Counted from the first letter of the stretch, positions 18,381-29,269 are shown. The stretch is 64,000 bases of DNA from Parcubacteria group bacterium Gr01-1014_8 (GCA_007376385.1 VMGC01000002.1:64001-128000), one strand, 5' to 3'. Notes: generated by a model from the sequence alone, not told the origin. Numbers and translations: made by a program.

Positions 18381-18710
18381 CTACTTCCGGGTCAGTTCAT
18401 CTATTCGCTGTCGATTTTCTTCCCCAATATCAAGCACAAAATCGACGGTGGGAACGTTCATTAAAACCGTCTTTGCTTTCAAAAAATCGTGAAAGTCGGT
18501 TCGCACGCGCTTAAGGAACGCGATGGCATCTCCTTGCTGCTCCTTCGGAAGCACCGAAACGAATATCGACACATTTTTTAGGTTGGGGGAAATGTCTGCA
18601 CGGGTCACAGTGATGAGAGATTTGCGGTTTGATTCTCGAGCGATGAAGTCAGCTGCGTGGTGCGCCATCGCTTCGGCAACTTTAATTTGTCGGCGGGACG
18701 GAGCGTTCAT
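18381..18710 (-). CDS. rbfA: Ribosome-binding factor A
   Basis: 109 aa, 'R..RV.E.....a..i..e..d.....vTvt.v..s.Dl..a.if' pattern. Confidence 0.75.
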   Translation of the reverse strand: MNAPSRRQIKVAEAMAHHAADFIARESNRKSLITVTRADISPNLKNVSIFVSVLPKEQQGDAIAFLKRVRTDFHDFLKAKTVLMNVPTVDFVLDIGEENRQRIDELTRK

Positions 18711-18808
18711 ACCCCGTGAGAGAAACTATCTAAAGCTACTAAGCTTGGTCGCATGCTGTTGGAAAGGATTGATTTCATATATATTTTAAAGAATATTCTC
18801 TCATGGGG

Positions 18809-20317
18809 TCATACTGTTTTTGTTACGAAACATTCAAGCATGTCGCCCTGTGCGACCTCAAATTGCGAAGTTATCTCTGCGCCGAATTCGCCGCCTGTTT
18901 CGACTCTATCCACATTTTGCTTATGCGATTGCAAGTTTGTTATTTTTCCCAAGCCTACTTCTACTTTCCGCCTCGTTACTCGAACGGAGCACCCGCGCTC
19001 GATCTTCCCTTCGCTTACGGAGCCGCCAATGACGTGGATATTTTTTCGTGAGCCAAATTGTTTCAACACTTTTGCTCGGCCTAGCTGCTCTTCGATGTGC
19101 CTCTTAGGTGCTGCTTCCTTCAATAATTCCTCAAGTCGCTCCGTCAACTTATAGATGATGTCGAACGTCTCGATGTGAATACCGTGCTGTCTCGCTCGCT
19201 CGCGGGCCGTTGCGTCTACGGTTACGTTGAATCCGACAACGGTTGCGGGAGTTGCCGAAGACGCGATAGCCGATTTCACATCGTTCTCGGAAATGTTGCC
19301 GATTTCCGACTGCACGATGCGCACCGCCGCGTGCTCGTCTTTGATGCGCGATACTTCGTGAACAATGGCTTCAAGCGAACCCGATGCGTCCGCCCGAACG
19401 ATAATGGGCAAGATAAATTGTCCCTCTGGCGTTTCTCCTGAAAGGGAATCACTCTCGCGTTTTTGATGCGAGAACTCTTTTGACCGTGCTTCTTCCGCGT
19501 CGCGCTTGTTCTTAAATGTCTGAAATCCGATCCCGACAGTAGGCAATTCGTCGAAACCAACGAGAAGAACAGGGGTTGAGAAGCTGGCCTCTCGGATGCT
19601 TTTTCCCTTATGGTCTTCCATAATTCGTACCGGCGCGATTGCCCGCCCTGCTTGAATTGCCATGCCGCTTTTTAACGTTCCATCCGTTATCACCAGCGTT
19701 GCTGCAATGCCGCGTTTTTGGTCTCGGTGCGCTTCTATCACATATCCCGTCGCGGGTTTCGAGGCGTCTCCCTTATATTCCTGCAATTCAGCAACAAGGA
19801 GGACGAGGTCTAGAAGTTCTGTTACGCCGGTGCCTGTCTTTGCGGAGATAGCCGTCCACGGCACATCGCCGCCGAGCTTTTCAAGGAAGACGCCTCTTTC
19901 GAGCAAACTTCCTTGCGTTCGTGCTATGTCGGCATTCGGCTTGTCTATTTTATTTATCGCGACAACGAGAGGAATGGCGCTCTCCCGAATACTCGCAAGA
20001 GCTTCGACCGTTTGGGCCTTGACGCCATCATCTGCTGCAACTACAAGGATCGCGATATCAGCTATGTTCGCACCGCGTGAACGTATCGCTTGAAATGCAG
20101 CGTGTCCTGGTGTGTCGATGAACGTGATGCGCTTTTTAACGCCGTCTTTTTCGTGCTCGACTTCGTATGCCGCGACGTGCTGCGTGATGCCGCCTGCTTC
20201 TCCTGCGACGACGTTGGATTTGCGGATGAAATCTAAGAGCGTCGATTTACCGTGATCGACGTGTCCCATTACAACAACGATAGGGGGCCTCTCCGTGTTG
20301 TTGGTTGTTGGTGTCAT
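18809..20317 (-). CDS. infB: Translation initiation factor IF-2 (short form, 502 aa)
   Basis: G-domain 'VVVMGHVDHGKSTLLD', 'DTPGH', 'NKID'; IF-2 C-terminal beta-barrels. Confidence 0.9.
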   Translation of the reverse strand: MTPTTNNTERPPIVVVMGHVDHGKSTLLDFIRKSNVVAGEAGGITQHVAAYEVEHEKDGVKKRITFIDTPGHAAFQAIRSRGANIADIAILVVAADDGVKAQTVEALASIRESAIPLVVAINKIDKPNADIARTQGSLLERGVFLEKLGGDVPWTAISAKTGTGVTELLDLVLLVAELQEYKGDASKPATGYVIEAHRDQKRGIAATLVITDGTLKSGMAIQAGRAIAPVRIMEDHKGKSIREASFSTPVLLVGFDELPTVGIGFQTFKNKRDAEEARSKEFSHQKRESDSLSGETPEGQFILPIIVRADASGSLEAIVHEVSRIKDEHAAVRIVQSEIGNISENDVKSAIASSATPATVVGFNVTVDATARERARQHGIHIETFDIIYKLTERLEELLKEAAPKRHIEEQLGRAKVLKQFGSRKNIHVIGGSVSEGKIERGCSVRVTRRKVEVGLGKITNLQSHKQNVDRVETGGEFGAEITSQFEVAQGDMLECFVTKTV

Positions 20318-20352
20318 AGGGAGTTCGTGATGCCATACGAATTGGGCGAGTA

Positions 20353-20452
20353 TACCCCATGAGATAAAAAACTCATAGCCCAGTGATATAGGGTATTTGT
20401 CAAATCAAAATTCGTCGCGCAAAAAGTGTCAAGCGATCTATCTCACGGGGTA
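20353..20452. repeat. Inverted-repeat pair unit U1: TACCCCATGAGATA ... 72 bp ... TATCTCACGGGGTA, in the divergent infB / cysteine-desulfurase intergenic region
   Basis: Seen directly. The left arm is 35 nt upstream of the infB ATG. Confidence 0.65.
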
Positions 20453-20533
20453 TACGCCCAAAAGTCAAAATTTGAAAGTCAGCGGCGCGTGCAGTCACTT
20501 CCGAAATTAAGTATTTAAGCCTAGAATCACGGC

Positions 20534-21715
20534 ATGCTTGGTTTTTTTAAAAAGAAGCGGATTTACTTTGACTACGCAAGCGCGACTCCGGAGAGAGGGG
20601 AATCAGCGCGAGCAGTCGAAAAGGCACGTGCAACTTTTGGGAATCCCGGGGCAATACATGCTGAAGGGGTAGAAGCTAAGGCAGTCTTGGAGAATGCGAG
20701 AGAGCGTATCGCGCTCCAACTTGCATGCAAGGCGCGGGAGATCATTTTTGTCTCCGGCGGTACGGAAGCGAACAACCTCGCTATCCTGGGTTTTGCCCGC
20801 AAAATCGAAATGAAAGGCGATGAACTGATGCGTACACACTGGGTAACAAGTTCTATTGAACATCCGTCGGTTTTGGAATGTTTTGCAGATATAGAACGCA
20901 GGGGCGCTGTTGTGACTCATGTCGAACCGGACAGCCGGGGAATCATCCGACCCGAAGCCCTGAAGCATGCGCTTCGGCCAGAGACTGTTTTCGTTTCTAT
21001 CCAAAGCGCGAATCATGAGATAGGAACTATCCAGCCGATCCGCGACATCAGTGCTGTATTGAAAAAACACGAAGAAAAGTTCAAGGGCATTGTCATCTTC
21101 CACTCTGACATGGGGCAGACGCCTCTGTATCGCTCGCCGCGGGTGCATGGTTTCGGCGTCGACATCGCCTCCTTTGATTCGGGAAAATTGTACGGACCGC
21201 GAGGCGTAGGGTGCGTGTATTTGAATAATCGAACAGAACTCGCGCAAGTAATATTGGGCGGTGGACAAGAACGAGGACTCCGCGCAGGCACGGAAAATGT
21301 TGCGCTCGCGGCAGGTTTTGCGGAAGCCCTCGAGTGCATCTCGCGAGAAAGAGAGTCTGAATCAGCGCGAATTCATATTCTCCGCGATACACTTTGGTCG
21401 CACATAGAAAAAGGTATCGAGGGAGTCGAGTTGAACGGAAGCCTGAAGCACTCGCTGCCGCATATACTGAATATTTCTGTGCCGAATATTTCAAGCGAAT
21501 ACGTCACGCTCGTTTTGGATAATGCCGGCATCGCAATTTCCACAAAAAGCGCGTGCAAAGAAGGCGAAGAACGCCGTTCGCATGTCGTTGAAGCTCTCGG
21601 GGGAGAAAAGTGGAGAGCGGCGAACACACTGCGTTTCTCTTTGGGGCTCGCGACGACGGAAAAAGATGTCGCAGCCGCCGCGCGTGAACTTACCGCAGCC
21701 GTTGCCCGCCACTGA
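20534..21715 (+). CDS. Cysteine desulfurase (class V aminotransferase, IscS/NifS family)
   Basis: Class V fold and a C-terminal 'ISTKSACK..' cysteine loop; 393 aa. Confidence 0.75.
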   Translation: MLGFFKKKRIYFDYASATPERGESARAVEKARATFGNPGAIHAEGVEAKAVLENARERIALQLACKAREIIFVSGGTEANNLAILGFARKIEMKGDELMRTHWVTSSIEHPSVLECFADIERRGAVVTHVEPDSRGIIRPEALKHALRPETVFVSIQSANHEIGTIQPIRDISAVLKKHEEKFKGIVIFHSDMGQTPLYRSPRVHGFGVDIASFDSGKLYGPRGVGCVYLNNRTELAQVILGGGQERGLRAGTENVALAAGFAEALECISRERESESARIHILRDTLWSHIEKGIEGVELNGSLKHSLPHILNISVPNISSEYVTLVLDNAGIAISTKSACKEGEERRSHVVEALGGEKWRAANTLRFSLGLATTEKDVAAAARELTAAVARH

Positions 21716-21862
21716 ACTTGTGTCTGGTTTCGCGGGAGCAATTTTAAGTGATGTTTCAGCGTGCGCTTAAAGAGCAATTGATGTATGAATGAAGCACAAA
21801 GGCGAAACGAAAAATGCCAAAGTTAGTGCTCGGACGTTGCAAAATCTCGTCCATGATACTCT

Positions 21863-21960
21863 ACCCCGTGAGATAAAGTCATTCGGTGTATGTGGAGGTG
21901 ATGTTGCTTGGTGACTAATATCGAACGCGGCTCATAACTTTTCGCCATATCTCATGGGGT
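21863..21960. repeat. Inverted-repeat pair unit U2 (TACCCCGTGAGATA ... 72 bp ... TATCTCATGGGGT)
   Basis: Directly abuts U3. The junction reads atctcatggggtCTaccccgtgagat, itself a 12-bp palindrome. Confidence 0.65.
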
Positions 21961-21962
21961 CT

Positions 21963-22066
21963 ACCCCGTGAGATAACTGTTCGTCTTTTGTTTCGAATTG
22001 TAGTTCATGTATCCATAGTACAATGTCGGTAATGAGACATCTATACACCTCCTATCTCATGGGGTA
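21963..22066. repeat. Inverted-repeat pair unit U3 (TACCCCGTGAGATA ... 76 bp ... TATCTCATGGGGTA), 16 nt upstream of the 22083 gene
   Basis: Seen directly. Confidence 0.65.
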
Positions 22067-22082
22067 TATATAGAAGAAAGCT

Positions 22083-22943
22083 ATGGATATAGAAAGACTC
22101 AACAAATCTCAAATAGTTCTCCTGACGCTTTTGGTGAGCTTTGTTACCTCCATCGCAACGGGCATTGTCACCGTTTCCCTGATGGACCAGGCGCCTCCTT
22201 CCATCGCACAGACGGTGAATAGGGTTGTCGAAAGGACAGTCGAAAAAATGGTCCCATCCGGCCAGGCGGCAAGCGCGGCGGTTACTACAGAGAAAACGGT
22301 GGTAGTGAAGGAGTCTGATCTCATCGTAAGGGCGGTTGAATCCATATCACCATCTGTCGTTCGCCTCTATGCGACTGGGTTGGATGCCCCGGGCGACAAT
22401 GATAAAGAGGTCTTTCTGGGGCTTGGCGTCATTATTGCTGAAAGTGGGACCATCGTGACAGACGCTGCAGTGTTGCCCGCAAGCGGCTCTGTGGAGATCG
22501 CGCTCAGCACAGGGACGCGTATCCCAGTCTCCTTCGTATCAAGTGACGCTCTGAGCGGCATCGCGCTTCTTCAAGGTGCGACGTCAACCGCAGAGGGACC
22601 TGTATCCTGGAAGGCGGCTACGCTCTCGGCAGACAAGCCTGCTCTTGGGACGTCTGTTATCGCTATTTCCGGGCGCGGGGCAACGCGAATTGCCGACGGC
22701 ATTATAACGGCTCTTCCTGCCGCCGAGGCCAAAGACGAAGAGGCGATACTCGAAACCAGCATACCGTCCTCATCTATCGCATACGGAAGCCCGCTGGTGA
22801 ATTCGAGCGGAGAGATAGAGGGAATAAGTACGGGAGCGAGCCGCCTTGTGTCTGAGGGTTCGTTTCTGGCATCACTTTCTGTCATAATGTATACTACAAA
22901 AACAAAAGCGGCAGACGAAGACGAGAAAGCCGAACAGCAGTAA
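22083..22943 (+). CDS. Trypsin-like (HtrA-type fold) domain protein, probably catalytically inactive; N-terminal TM anchor
   Basis: 'SIAYGSPLVNSSGEIEGI' resembles the HtrA 'GNSGGPLVN..G.vIGI' region. His-box and Ser-box consensus residues are substituted (TDAAV, AYGSP). Confidence 0.4.
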   Translation: MDIERLNKSQIVLLTLLVSFVTSIATGIVTVSLMDQAPPSIAQTVNRVVERTVEKMVPSGQAASAAVTTEKTVVVKESDLIVRAVESISPSVVRLYATGLDAPGDNDKEVFLGLGVIIAESGTIVTDAAVLPASGSVEIALSTGTRIPVSFVSSDALSGIALLQGATSTAEGPVSWKAATLSADKPALGTSVIAISGRGATRIADGIITALPAAEAKDEEAILETSIPSSSIAYGSPLVNSSGEIEGISTGASRLVSEGSFLASLSVIMYTTKTKAADEDEKAEQQ

Positions 22944-22992
22944 TAAGTTGCCGCACGATCCGTCACTACCAGGCGGTACATAAGAAAAATCT

Positions 22993-25680
22993 ATGACACC
23001 ATTCAACAATTTCACCACCAAAGCAAAGGAGGCCATTCAAAGAGCTCACCAGCTTGCCGTCGAACGCGGCCACAACCAGGTTTCGACCCTTCATCTTCTG
23101 GCCGCTCTCATGATGCAAGAGGAAAGCATGGTTATCCCGATGCTGGACCAGCTTGATATTGATACGGCGCATCTTACCGACTCTATACTGGAACAGATAG
23201 AAGGAGGGACCGGGACGACCGTCTCGCCATCGTTCCAGCTGTATCTCACACCGGAGTTGGTGCGAGTGTTCGAAGGCGCGCCGCGCATCGCTGCAAGTTT
23301 CAACGACCAATTCGTTTCTCCTGAGCATTTGCTTCTTGGCGTTGCCGAGCATCCGGGCCCTGCTGTAGACCTTCTCCAGCGATTTCGTATCGATAGAGCC
23401 GCACTGGCTCGCATTCTTGCAGATATCAAAGAAGGCAAGATACGCGACGCAGAAGAGCCGAAGAAGCCGCGCGCGCTCACTCGCTTCGCTCGTTCGCTCA
23501 CCGAGCGCGCACGCGAAAACAAACTTGACCCTGTCATCGGGCGCGATACTGAAATAATCCGCGTCATTCAAATTCTTTCCCGCCGCACAAAGAACAATCC
23601 AATCCTCATAGGCGAAGCTGGAGTCGGAAAAACCGCCGTCGCAGAAGGTCTTGCCCAGCGCATGGCCTCCGGCGACGTGCCGGAATCGCTTCGCGGGAAG
23701 GAGCTCGTCCAGCTCGACCTCGGGCTTCTCGTTGCAGGTACGAAATACCGCGGAGAATTCGAGGAACGATTGAAGGCTGTCATGAAGGAAGTTGAGAAGG
23801 CGGAAGGGAAGATAATTCTATTTGTTGACGAGCTGCATACGCTGATAGGTGCAGGGGCAGCGGACGGCGCACTTGATGCGTCGAATATGCTCAAGCCGGC
23901 TCTCGCTCGTGGCGAGATACGCGTTGTCGGCGCAACTACTCTCAAGGAATACCAGCGCCACATCGAACACGATGCAGCGTTCACTCGCCGCTTTCAGCCT
24001 GTCTATGTGAACGAGCCCTCGCTCGACGATACAGTCGCAATTTTACGCGGTCTCAAGGAACGTTATGAGCTTTTTCACGGTGTCCACATTACAGACGATG
24101 CCATCATTTCTGCGGCACAACTTTCCAGCCGCTATATCACAGAGAGATTTCTGCCGGACAAAGCCATAGACCTCATAGACGAAGCCGCTTCCGCGCTCCG
24201 ACTCTCGCTTGAGAACAAGCCGCCAGCCCTCGAAGAGGCGCATCGCAAAGTAACCCGTCTCGAGATTGAAAAAGAGGCGCTCAAGAAAGAATCCGACGCA
24301 AGCGAAGGCAAAGCTCGCACGCGCGTCAAATCCATCGAGAAAGAGATAGCAGACCTTCGCGACGGAACGCGCGAGCTCGAAATGAAATGGAAGAACGAGA
24401 AAGAAACGTTGACCGAAATTGGTCGCCTCAAGAAAGAATTGGAAGCGGCTCGGCTTGAAGCAGAAGGTGCCGAAGCCAGAAGCGACCTTACGAAAACCGC
24501 TGAAATACGGTACGGTCGCATTCCGAATCTCGAAAGGGACCTCGACACAGCGTCGAAAAAACTTCGCAAATTGCAATCCACCAGGCGCGTACTCCGCGAA
24601 GACATCACGTCAGAAGATATTGCGGCAGTAGTCTCGCGCTGGACGGGCGTGCCGGTCTCTCGAATGCTCGAGGAAGAAGCAGAAAAACTCTCTCGCATGG
24701 AAGCCGACATAAAGAAACGCATCATCGGTCAAGACGAGGCAGTCCAGAAAGTTGCGGATGCCATCAAGCGAAGCCGCGCAGGGATTGCAGACCCGAACAG
24801 ACCAGTTGGCTCGTTTCTATTCCTTGGTCCAACCGGAGTTGGAAAAACAGAGCTCACCAAAGCGCTTGCAGAATTTCTTTTCAACAGCGAAAAGGCGCTT
24901 ATACGCGTAGACATGTCCGAGTACATGGAAAAGCACTCTGTCTCCAAAATGATTGGTTCGCCTCCAGGATATGTCGGACACGACGAAGGTGGGGGACTCA
25001 CGGAATTGGTTCGTCATCGTCCGTACTCTGTCATTCTCTTCGACGAGATCGAAAAAGCGCATCCGGAAGTATTCAACGTGCTTCTGCAGGTCTTGGACAA
25101 CGGCAGGCTCACAGATTCAAAGGGGCGCACCGTGAACTTCAAGAATACTGTCATCATCATGACGTCGAACATCGGCAGCGAGCACATAGACAAAATGTCG
25201 AATCTTGGCTTCAACCAGGGTCCGGCGGGTTCGGCACACGAACAGTACGAGCAGGTGAAAGTAAAAGTAATGAGCGCGCTCAAGGATTTCTTCCGACCGG
25301 AATTCTTGAACCGTCTCGATGAGATAGTGCTCTTCAACATCCTCTCGCCTGAATCGGTGCAGACAATAGTGCGCATTCAGGTAGACCAAGTCGTAAAGAG
25401 GCTCGAAGAAAAACACATCAAGCTCACGTTCTCGGATGCAGTTATCGAACACCTCGCAAAGGAGGGCTACAACCCGCAATACGGTGCGCGTCCGCTGAAA
25501 CGACTTATCCAGAGCAAAGTTCTAACCGCGGTTGCAAACATGATGGTCGCGAGGGGAGTCCTCGAAGGCGGCTCCGTCCATGTTGATATGAAAGATGGCG
25601 AATTCTCGTTCGATGTACGAAAGAGCGCTGAACGTGTACGAGGAGCAAGAGCGAGGGCGAAATCGGCGAGTGCTGCATAA
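22993..25680 (+). CDS. clpB: ATP-dependent chaperone ClpB
   Basis: Clp N-domain, two AAA+ modules (GEAGVGKT; GPTGVGKT) and a long middle coiled-coil; 895 aa. Confidence 0.9.
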   Translation: MTPFNNFTTKAKEAIQRAHQLAVERGHNQVSTLHLLAALMMQEESMVIPMLDQLDIDTAHLTDSILEQIEGGTGTTVSPSFQLYLTPELVRVFEGAPRIAASFNDQFVSPEHLLLGVAEHPGPAVDLLQRFRIDRAALARILADIKEGKIRDAEEPKKPRALTRFARSLTERARENKLDPVIGRDTEIIRVIQILSRRTKNNPILIGEAGVGKTAVAEGLAQRMASGDVPESLRGKELVQLDLGLLVAGTKYRGEFEERLKAVMKEVEKAEGKIILFVDELHTLIGAGAADGALDASNMLKPALARGEIRVVGATTLKEYQRHIEHDAAFTRRFQPVYVNEPSLDDTVAILRGLKERYELFHGVHITDDAIISAAQLSSRYITERFLPDKAIDLIDEAASALRLSLENKPPALEEAHRKVTRLEIEKEALKKESDASEGKARTRVKSIEKEIADLRDGTRELEMKWKNEKETLTEIGRLKKELEAARLEAEGAEARSDLTKTAEIRYGRIPNLERDLDTASKKLRKLQSTRRVLREDITSEDIAAVVSRWTGVPVSRMLEEEAEKLSRMEADIKKRIIGQDEAVQKVADAIKRSRAGIADPNRPVGSFLFLGPTGVGKTELTKALAEFLFNSEKALIRVDMSEYMEKHSVSKMIGSPPGYVGHDEGGGLTELVRHRPYSVILFDEIEKAHPEVFNVLLQVLDNGRLTDSKGRTVNFKNTVIIMTSNIGSEHIDKMSNLGFNQGPAGSAHEQYEQVKVKVMSALKDFFRPEFLNRLDEIVLFNILSPESVQTIVRIQVDQVVKRLEEKHIKLTFSDAVIEHLAKEGYNPQYGARPLKRLIQSKVLTAVANMMVARGVLEGGSVHVDMKDGEFSFDVRKSAERVRGARARAKSASAA

Positions 25681-25815
25681 AAAGGGTCGCTCGAAGGTAG
25701 TGCTTCCTCCGGGCACGGATTTTTCTTACTAGAAAAATCCTCAAAATCCTCGGTCGTCACCTGCGGGGTCCCCCCAGAAGCACAACCTCACTCGCTGGAG
25801 ACGGGGGAGCGTTCG

Positions 25816-26619
25816 CTACTTGTCTGTAGCCTTAGGTTTTTTCATCTTGAGTAAAATTTCTTCCACAGTATCCTTAAATTTGGCAGGCAGTTGATCCAAT
25901 ACTTCTCGAACTTCAGCCATAGTTTCTGCCTTCATTCCAGGGAACACCTCCTCTTTCAAGGTTTCGAGGCATCTTGGAATTCTCCACTCACCCGGGGTCC
26001 CCATTGTTTCCTTTATGGTCCGTAAAGGAATTAATATTGCGCCCATTCGTCCTTCCTTAGAATACATATATGTTTCCAGTTCACGAATTCGCATTTCAAG
26101 ATCGGTAATTGTGAGTTGTTGTCGATTTTGAGTCGCGCCTTGCGAGGCAACATCCTTCTGTTGTGATACAGAAGCGGTGGTTAACTTGGAAATTTTCTCA
26201 TCCACTGCACGTATTTCTTCAATCATTTCACCTTTTTCTTTTGACAATGCCAATGCAGTAGTTGCGGACGATTTAGCCAAAATATCCTCTTCCGATTTCT
26301 TTATTAGAAGCTTTGTGTCTTCGCGAATTTCGTTGGATAGAGCTCCAATCTCTGCCCTCAATGCGGTCACGGAAGACGTTACTTGGGATTCAAGTGCTTG
26401 GCGTGCATCTACGATACTTGACGACTGTTTTTCCAATTCTTTCTCTATGGGTCGTAAACTCATCAAATAAAATATCCCACCAAGAGCCAATACAACGGTA
26501 ATTGCAAATCCAATATGCTCAAGGGACGCTGTGTTTAATTGGTGAATCAAATCAAGCTGCCATCTTACAAGGTCAGATCCGGAAATTGGTGTAACTGCAG
26601 ATATTGTCGTTGTTGCCAT
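25816..26619 (-). CDS. Hypothetical coiled-coil protein with one TM segment
   Basis: ORF only. Confidence 0.3.
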   Translation of the reverse strand: MATTTISAVTPISGSDLVRWQLDLIHQLNTASLEHIGFAITVVLALGGIFYLMSLRPIEKELEKQSSSIVDARQALESQVTSSVTALRAEIGALSNEIREDTKLLIKKSEEDILAKSSATTALALSKEKGEMIEEIRAVDEKISKLTTASVSQQKDVASQGATQNRQQLTITDLEMRIRELETYMYSKEGRMGAILIPLRTIKETMGTPGEWRIPRCLETLKEEVFPGMKAETMAEVREVLDQLPAKFKDTVEEILLKMKKPKATDK

Positions 26620-26899
26620 ACGGAATGACACTACGCCTGCCGTCAGTTCCTTGCAAGCGACTAGCATTATTTATCGATGGGGGTTTAGATGCTTACGTAC
26701 ACCGCCCACTTTCCCGTCGTCCCGATCTGCTGTAAAGAGGGTCAGTAATTTAGGAGGGCAATAAATTGGCTTGATTACAGTGTTTTTATTGGTTACTATA
26801 GGTTAACCAATGAAATATGAGCAAAGAGAAAGGTGAGCCACTAGTATTTTTAACAACTCCGCAGATCACTCAGTTAGAGCAAAATTTCACATTTCGGTC

Positions 26900-27427
26900 T
26901 TGCCAAGAAGACGTACAGAAGCGTACAGTGCCGCTATGCAGACAGGCGAAGCTCTGAAGTGGTTTTTTCAAAACCTTTGGGTTGAGATACTATTTGGAGT
27001 TGTTCTGATACCTCTCACTGGCTGGGTGTTTATGTGGCTTTATCATCGTTTTTATAAAGCCCACATGATAACTCGTGTTCTTCGCGTGCATAATAATCCA
27101 ACTCGCACATGGCGGAAGGGTGTTTATGCGGCTGATCGGTTCATGGATATATTTGAAGCAGGCAGACCCGTTCGTTCCGAGGCAATATTGATGTATGGAG
27201 GTGGCGATGGAGGTGGTGCTTGGCACAATTCGTACCTCGATAAAGGGATACTGGAAAAATATGGGTTAGTTGAAACTTTTGAGGAGGGCGGACAAAGAAT
27301 GGTAAAGGCGACTCAGACTTCTCTCACAAAGGCGGTATATAAGATACTGTTCAGTCAAGACGAGCGAGAGAAGTTGAAAACAAACTCATTTTCGAGAGGC
27401 GATGGACGTCGTAATCTTACTCCCTGA
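26900..27427 (+). CDS. Hypothetical membrane protein
   Basis: ORF with an N-terminal TM segment, in a locally AT-richer region. Confidence 0.3.
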   Translation: MPRRRTEAYSAAMQTGEALKWFFQNLWVEILFGVVLIPLTGWVFMWLYHRFYKAHMITRVLRVHNNPTRTWRKGVYAADRFMDIFEAGRPVRSEAILMYGGGDGGGAWHNSYLDKGILEKYGLVETFEEGGQRMVKATQTSLTKAVYKILFSQDEREKLKTNSFSRGDGRRNLTP

Positions 27428-27887
27428 CATACACCACCCCAGCTCCTGTCTTCCCGATTTGTTTGATCTTGCCTTCCCTTTTGAGGATGGTGAGGTACCG
27501 CGTGGCGGTGGCATCGGAAACATGCAGGAGTTTCTCTACCTCGTCGTTCGTTATCTTTCCGCTCGCAGTCAGTGTTTCCAATATCATGTCTAGTTTCTTT
27601 CGTTTCCGGATCTGCGTTTTTTCGTGTGCTTTCTTCAACAATTCCGGCTTCGGGTCTGCGGGGGCAACAATCGGCTCATTTGTAGGGGTAAACGGCTCAA
27701 CGACCGGTCGTTGAGCCGTTTGGGCTTCAGCTGGAATTGCATCTACTGGCTCTGGAATCGTGATTTCCGGCGCAGGCGGCGCAGGTTCTGGCACTGCAGC
27801 TGCAGTAGGAATTTCTGGAGCGGATTGCGGTTCCACCGGCGGCGCAGGCGGTTCAGGCACTGAGGGAGGCGGCGTATCATCTGCCAT
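27417..27887 (-). CDS. Proline-rich protein with a C-terminal winged-HTH DNA-binding domain
   Basis: PEPPAPP-type N-terminus; C-terminal 'ITNDEVEKLLHVSDATATRYLTILKREGKIKQIGKTGAGVVY' resembles a DeoR/MarR-like wHTH. Confidence 0.45.
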   Translation of the reverse strand: MADDTPPPSVPEPPAPPVEPQSAPEIPTAAAVPEPAPPAPEITIPEPVDAIPAEAQTAQRPVVEPFTPTNEPIVAPADPKPELLKKAHEKTQIRKRKKLDMILETLTASGKITNDEVEKLLHVSDATATRYLTILKREGKIKQIGKTGAGVVYVRE

Positions 27888-27940
27888 AAAGCAATTTTAA
27901 CTCATCTGCGCCCGAGGCGGACAAAATTGGGACGACTCTG

Positions 27941-29164
27941 TCAGACTGACTCAAAAATAGTGGCGGTTCCAAAACCTCTGACTTTGCCCGCTGACCTCAG
28001 CCACTCCTGTTTCTCAAATAATTGTTCAATTGGACCTAGGCAGACGATCTTTATGTGCTTATTGCTTGCGACTCTTTTTAACTTTGTTACCGTACCTGCT
28101 GCGGTTTTAGGTGTAAAAGGACTGAATAAATAAAATACATCGCCGTCGGAAATATCTTGGTCGAGAACATTTCCCGCTCGAAATTCAACGTTCGGAAGAC
28201 CCAATTTTTCTTTTGCTTTATTGCAGGCTTCAACACGTTCTCGTACCAATTCGATACCAACGAATTTCGCCTCGGTTATCAATGCCCCATATAGAGGGAT
28301 TCTTCCATGTCCCGAACCCAAGTCGTAGAATACTTGCCCTTTTTCGGGCTTCAATGTTCGCAAGAGATTTCGTATCATCTCGTAGTCCGTTCCTTGGTAC
28401 GGCCATCTTTCACCCTTGTGTTTTATTGCTACGTCAGAGCCAACGAGGTTGATGTCGTCCAGATATCCCGTAACTCCAAGCAATGCATCCATTTTTCGTT
28501 CGTCAATTTTTGCATTCCCCGCATGTATGGCGGCGATGTCGCCCTTGATAAATGCTCTTTCTCTATCTGGGGTAATTTTGTTAGAGGGCTGGTCCCTATT
28601 AGCGTCGCTTTTATTTGAAGTGTTAGAAGGCGTATCTTCGTCGAGAAGTATTCTGAAATGCCGCTGTTCGCCGTACGGGGATACGAAATCGTGCTTTTCC
28701 AAAATCCTGCTTCCATAATGCCTTTCAATGCTATCGGCATATCCGTTGGCTTTTAAGGCATCTCTCGAAAGAAATATGCAGCCGCACTTACGCAATCCGC
28801 TCTCAAGTTTTTCCATAAGCGGACCGATGAGTCCTTTCCCTTGATGCTTGGGTTTTATCATCGTCGTTGTGACGTATGCAGTCTTCTGCGTTTCATCTAC
28901 ATCAGCCCATGAAAAGCCGACGACTATTCCTCGTGCATCATAGAGAAGGGCGGTGACGACATTATCCTCTTTCATTTCTATGACGTTATTGCTTGAGAGG
29001 GGAAGTGTCTTTTGGTTTAGCTGTTCAATTTCAGCTAACTGAATGGCAAGTTCAGCCCAATTTGCGGTGCGTTTGTCTAAAATTTTGCTTGAGAATCCCG
29101 CAATTGCTTCCGAATTTCTTTCTGGCTTGGCGCGGGGCGTCTTGTTTGATCCCAGGTCGGTCAT
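27941..29164 (-). CDS. GNAT acetyltransferase / class I SAM-methyltransferase fusion protein
   Basis: N-terminal half is GNAT-like (..MIKPKHQGKGLIGPLMEKLE..). C-terminal half carries MTase motif I 'VFYDLGSGHGRIPLYGA' and a post-I acidic residue. Confidence 0.5.
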   Translation of the reverse strand: MTDLGSNKTPRAKPERNSEAIAGFSSKILDKRTANWAELAIQLAEIEQLNQKTLPLSSNNVIEMKEDNVVTALLYDARGIVVGFSWADVDETQKTAYVTTTMIKPKHQGKGLIGPLMEKLESGLRKCGCIFLSRDALKANGYADSIERHYGSRILEKHDFVSPYGEQRHFRILLDEDTPSNTSNKSDANRDQPSNKITPDRERAFIKGDIAAIHAGNAKIDERKMDALLGVTGYLDDINLVGSDVAIKHKGERWPYQGTDYEMIRNLLRTLKPEKGQVFYDLGSGHGRIPLYGALITEAKFVGIELVRERVEACNKAKEKLGLPNVEFRAGNVLDQDISDGDVFYLFSPFTPKTAAGTVTKLKRVASNKHIKIVCLGPIEQLFEKQEWLRSAGKVRGFGTATIFESV

Positions 29165-29236
29165 GTGTTGAATTATACGCGATGGCGCGCGCCAGAGGTG
29201 GCCGGAAAGCAATACGTTACCGGAACGCTGATCGAA

Positions 29237-29258
29237 AACACCCTTGACGGGTGTTTTT
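29237..29258. terminator. Hairpin aacaccc-ttgac-gggtgtt followed by TTT, possibly bidirectional
   Basis: Seen directly. Lies between the tRNA-like remnant and the GNAT-MTase gene. Confidence 0.4.
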
Positions 29259-29269
29259 CAAACTATCTG

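Noticed and set aside
20353-20452. Reading the TATCTCAYGGGGTATAC motif as a plain sigma70 -10 element (TATACT)
   Set aside because: No -35-like hexamer sits at a 16-18 bp spacing in any copy. The conserved block (14+ bp) is longer than a -10 element. In the pilin-1 copy the motif ends at the start codon. Orientation and pairing are better explained by an inverted-repeat unit.
26770-26800. Palindrome attggtta-ctataggt-taaccaat upstream of the 26900 gene as an operator
   Set aside because: Single short (8-bp arms) AT-rich palindrome with no second copy in the window. Insufficient support.
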